This document shows positions 60,570-64,000 of a stretch of 64,000 nt of DNA, in pieces. The stretch is from NCBI RefSeq assembly GCF_021869535.1, contig NW_026262701.1:16554001-16618000 (forward strand), written 5' to 3'. Numbering within the stretch: position 1 is the first letter of the stretch; every line of letters begins with the position of its first letter. The notes under the pieces are model-generated. The model searched no databases and was not told where the DNA came from. It saw nothing but the letters and a program-made list of their open reading frames with translations. Source of the DNA: Mytilus californianus (Eukaryota). Made by a program: the position numbers and the translations under genes.

Positions 60570-62480
60570 TTAATCATATATATTCTTACCTCTACCCCCT
60601 TCAATTTGATAATGTGCTTTTATCTTGTAAACGGTTGAGATCCCTACTCCTAAACCATATATATTCTTGTATGGGACAATAAAACAAATCAAATGAAATA
60701 TTGGGATAGTCCTCGGGTTCACAGCTACCCTCCTTTTTTTGAAAACTTGTAAATGTGCAAGCTCCCCACCCTGAAACCATATATATACTTGTATGTTACA
60801 AATCAAATGAAATAAAAGGTGAGTCCCCTGGGGTCACCCCCAGCGTGTCTGTTTGAGAACTTGTAAACGGTCGAGATCCCCACCCCTAATATATATATAA
60901 TTTTGTATGGGACAATAAAAGAAATCAAATGAAATTTAACGGAAGCCCACCCCATTCTTTTTGAGAAATTGTAAACAGTTGAGATCCCCACCCCTACACC
61001 ATATTTATTCTTGTATTTGACAATAAAACAAATCAAATGAAATAAAAGTCGAGTCCCCTGGGGTCACCCAACCTTTTTCCTGTTTAAGAACTTGTAAACG
61101 GATCCCTCACCCCTAAACCATATATATTCTTGTATGGGACAATAAAACAAATCAAATGTAATATAGGGGAAGTTCATTGGGGTAACCCCCACCCCCTTAT
61201 TTTTGATAGCTTGTAAACGGTCAAGATTCCCACCCAGAAACCACAGTCAGGGGACTTATTGAAATAAGTGCACTTATTTAAGTAGCAAATTCGAAGTTTT
61301 GTCACAAATTGTGATTTTGTAGTTTTACCAAAATTTTAAACACATAGGTTTAGATAATATCTTTTCATTAGTAAAATTGAAAAAAAAACTTTTTGCTTCT
61401 TTTAAGCAGCAAGGTTTATGCCTTTGATGCAATCATTTAGCTGCAAATTCTATTTTAGTTGAAAAAATGCTATAAAAATGGCTTGACATAATGAACTGAT
61501 ACTTTCTTAACAGATTTTTCCCAGCAGTGGGAGTATTTTTCCTGTAAAATTCAAGGTTTCATCTTATAGATTATGCTATAAAATTCTACTGTTCGCCATC
61601 AAAATTTCACTGTTCGGGGGGTGTTGAAATTAGTGGGGGTTATTAAAATAATGATACTTAAAGAAGTGATTTTTTGGAAGGAAATTGAGGTATGATACTT
61701 AAACAAGTGATTTTTATGTCATTATCCTAGATTTAGTACAAGGTCATCACCTGACATGACCCGGTCATCCTATCAACACAGATGTTGGTTCTGATAATTT
61801 TAGCAACATAATTAGTCCCTGGATCATTAGTATTCTATATTTAAAGCTACAATAAAATTAAATCACTTAGTCTAGTGATTATTTGTACTACTTAAATAGG
61901 TGATTATTTAAGAAAGACAACTCTTACTTCCAACCTTTATGGACATAATGCTACTTGAATCAGTGATTTAGAAAATCACTCATTTAAGTAAGTCCCCTGA
62001 CTGAACCATATATATTCTTGTATGGGACAATTTATCAAATCAAATGAAATATAGATGAAGTCCACAGGGGGGGTAAATCCCAACACTTTCTTTTTGAAAA
62101 CTTGTAAACGGTTGAGATCCCCACCCTTAAACCATGTATACTCTTGTATGGGACAATATAACAAATCAAATGAAATTTAACGGAAGTCCACAGTGGTAAA
62201 CCCCACCCCCTTCTTTTTGAAAACTTGTAAACGGTTGAGATCCCCACCCCTAAACCATATATATTCTTGTATGGGACAATAAAACAAATCAAATGAAATT
62301 TAACGGAAGTCCACAGTGGTAAACCCCACCCCCTTCTTTTTGAAAACTTGTAAACGGTTGAGATCCCCACCCCTAAACCATATATATTCTTGTATGGGAC
62401 AATAAAACAAATCAATTGAAATTTAGGGGAAGTACCCTGGGGTAACCTCCACCCCTTTTTTTTGAAAACTTGTAAACAGT
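60570..62480. repeat. ~123-125-bp tandem satellite, interrupted by a MITE
   Basis: Recurrent CTTGTAAACGGTTGAGATCCCCACCCCTAAACCATATATATTCTTGTATGGGACAAT; spacing 123 bp at 62101/62224/62347. Confidence 0.85.
61244..62003. mobile_element. 760-bp MITE with CAG termini and a 5-bp TSD (hAT5-like)
   Basis: 15-bp perfect TIR CAGTCAGGGGACTTA; AACCA at 61239-61243 and 62004-62008. Confidence 0.88.
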
Positions 62481-62629
62481 CAAGATTTCTTGATTTTTTT
62501 TTTCCTTTTTTTTTTCTTTTAAAATTTTCCATTTTAAGTATGTTATTTCTGATTTATATTTTAAAGCAAATAATAATGATATGGTAGGAGATACACACCA
62601 AACAGGATGTGTAAATTATTATATAATAA

Positions 62630-62850
62630 GTATTGTGCAATAGCAAGAAATTTTCAATTGCACAGTATTGCACAATAGCAAGAAATCTTCAATTGCACAG
62701 TATTGCGCAATAGCAAGAAATCTTCAATTGCACAGTATTGCGCAATAGCAAGAAATATCCAATAGCACAATATTGCGCAATAGCAAGTAATTGTCAATTC
62801 TACAGTATTGCGCAATAGCAAGAAATATTTAATTGCACAGTATTGTGCAA
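62630..62850. repeat. 35-bp minisatellite (~6 copies)
   Basis: AATTGCACAGTATTGCGCAATAGCAAGAAATCTTC repeated; copies at 62656 and 62691 are 35 bp apart. Confidence 0.9.
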
Positions 62851-62889
62851 AAGAAGATACTTCATATAAATTGCTTATTTCTTGACCAA

Positions 62890-64000
62890 TTTCAATGGGG
62901 TTTTATTCTTGAATTCTTGGGGTTCTTTAATATGCTGAATCTAACCGTGTATTTAGTTTTTGGATTTTGGGCCCCGTTTTTAAATTGGTCCACATTGAGG
63001 TCCAAAGGGTCCAAAATTAAACTTTGTTTGATTTCATCAAAAATTGAATTATTGGGGTTCTTTGATATACCGAATCTAACCGTGTATTTAGATTCTTAAT
63101 TTTTGGTTCCGTTTTCAAATTGGTCTACATTAAGGTCCAAAGGGTCCAAAATTAAACTAAGTTTGATTTTAACAAAAATTGAATTCTTAGGGTTCTTTGA
63201 TATGCTGAATCTAAACATGTATTTAGATTTTTGATTATGGGCCCAGTTTTCAAGTTGGTCCAAATCGGGGTCCAAAATTAAACTTTGTTTGATTTCAACA
63301 AAAATTGAATATATGGGGTTCTTTGATATGCTGAATCTAACCATGTATTTAGATTTTTGATTTTTGGGCCCTGTTATCAACTTTGTCCACATTGAGGTCA
63401 ATAGGGTCCAAAATTAAACTTTGTTTGATTTCATCAAAAATTGAATTCTTGGGGTTCTTTGATATGCTGAATCTAACCATGTATTTAGATTTTGGATATT
63501 GGACCAAAATAGGTGAATGTCCAATTTAAAATTTTTAAGTTCTTAGACCACATTCATTCTGTGTCAGAAACCTATGCTGTGTCAAATATTTAATCACAAT
63601 CCAAATGCAAAGCTGTATCAAGCTTGAATGTTGTGTCCATACTTGCCCCAACTGTTCAGGGTTCGACCTCTGCGGTCGTATCAAGCTGCGCCCTGCGGAG
63701 CATTTTATTATAAATTGGTCCACATTGAGGTCCAAAGGGTCCAAAATTAAACTTTGTTCGATTCCATCAAAAATTGAATTATTGGGGTTCTTTGATATGC
63801 CAAATCTAACCGTGTATTTAGATTCTTAATTTTTGGTTCCGTTTTCAAATTGGTCTTCATTTAAAGGTCCAAAGGGTCCAAAATTAAACTAAGTTTGATT
63901 TTAACAAAAATTGAATTCTTAGGGTTCTTTGATATGCTGAATCTAAACATGTATTTAGATTTTTGATTATGGGCCCAGTTTTCAAGTTGGTCCAAATCGG
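62890..64000 (+). repeat. Same ~126/136-bp HINE satellite family, with a HINE 3' end at ~63500-63710
   Basis: Monomers match 33370-35250; 63541-63710 matches 35300-35334 joined to 49260-49391. Confidence 0.85.

Noticed and set aside
60570-64000. Repetitive ORFs (60570-63829) as proteins
   Set aside because: They are translations of the 123-bp, 35-bp and 126/136-bp tandem repeats.

Overview
AT-rich animal genomic DNA; the repeat content suggests a Mytilus-like bivalve (inference). The window is almost entirely nested transposable elements and satellites. The only clear host-gene piece is one phase 1-1 Ig V-set exon (611-946, minus). The centrepiece (35335-49255) is a head-to-tail trimer of a composite-like DNA transposon: four 453-bp long terminal direct repeats (LTDRs), each with its own GGTCC terminal inverted repeats (TIRs), alternate with three internal regions. 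Each internal region encodes a DDE transposase convergent with an I-PpoI-like His-Me finger nuclease. One CTAT target-site duplication (TSD) flanks the whole array, and the empty site is visible in a paralogous repeat at ~63570. This matches the KolobokP lineage of Kolobok transposons as I recall it, so the family is probably already described; the trimer, its flanks and its target context are what stand out here. Two colinear 4912-bp, 7-exon hAT elements with 6-bp TSDs and a shared frameshift flank the array in inverted orientation. Also present: an L1/Tx1 LINE with a twin-priming-type 5' inversion; RTE, RTEX-like and CR1-like LINEs; Penelope-like and Harbinger remnants; a CACTA element; MITEs; and Helentron-type (HINE) elements carrying ~126/136-bp satellites. 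No rRNA, tRNA or CRISPR array is supported.
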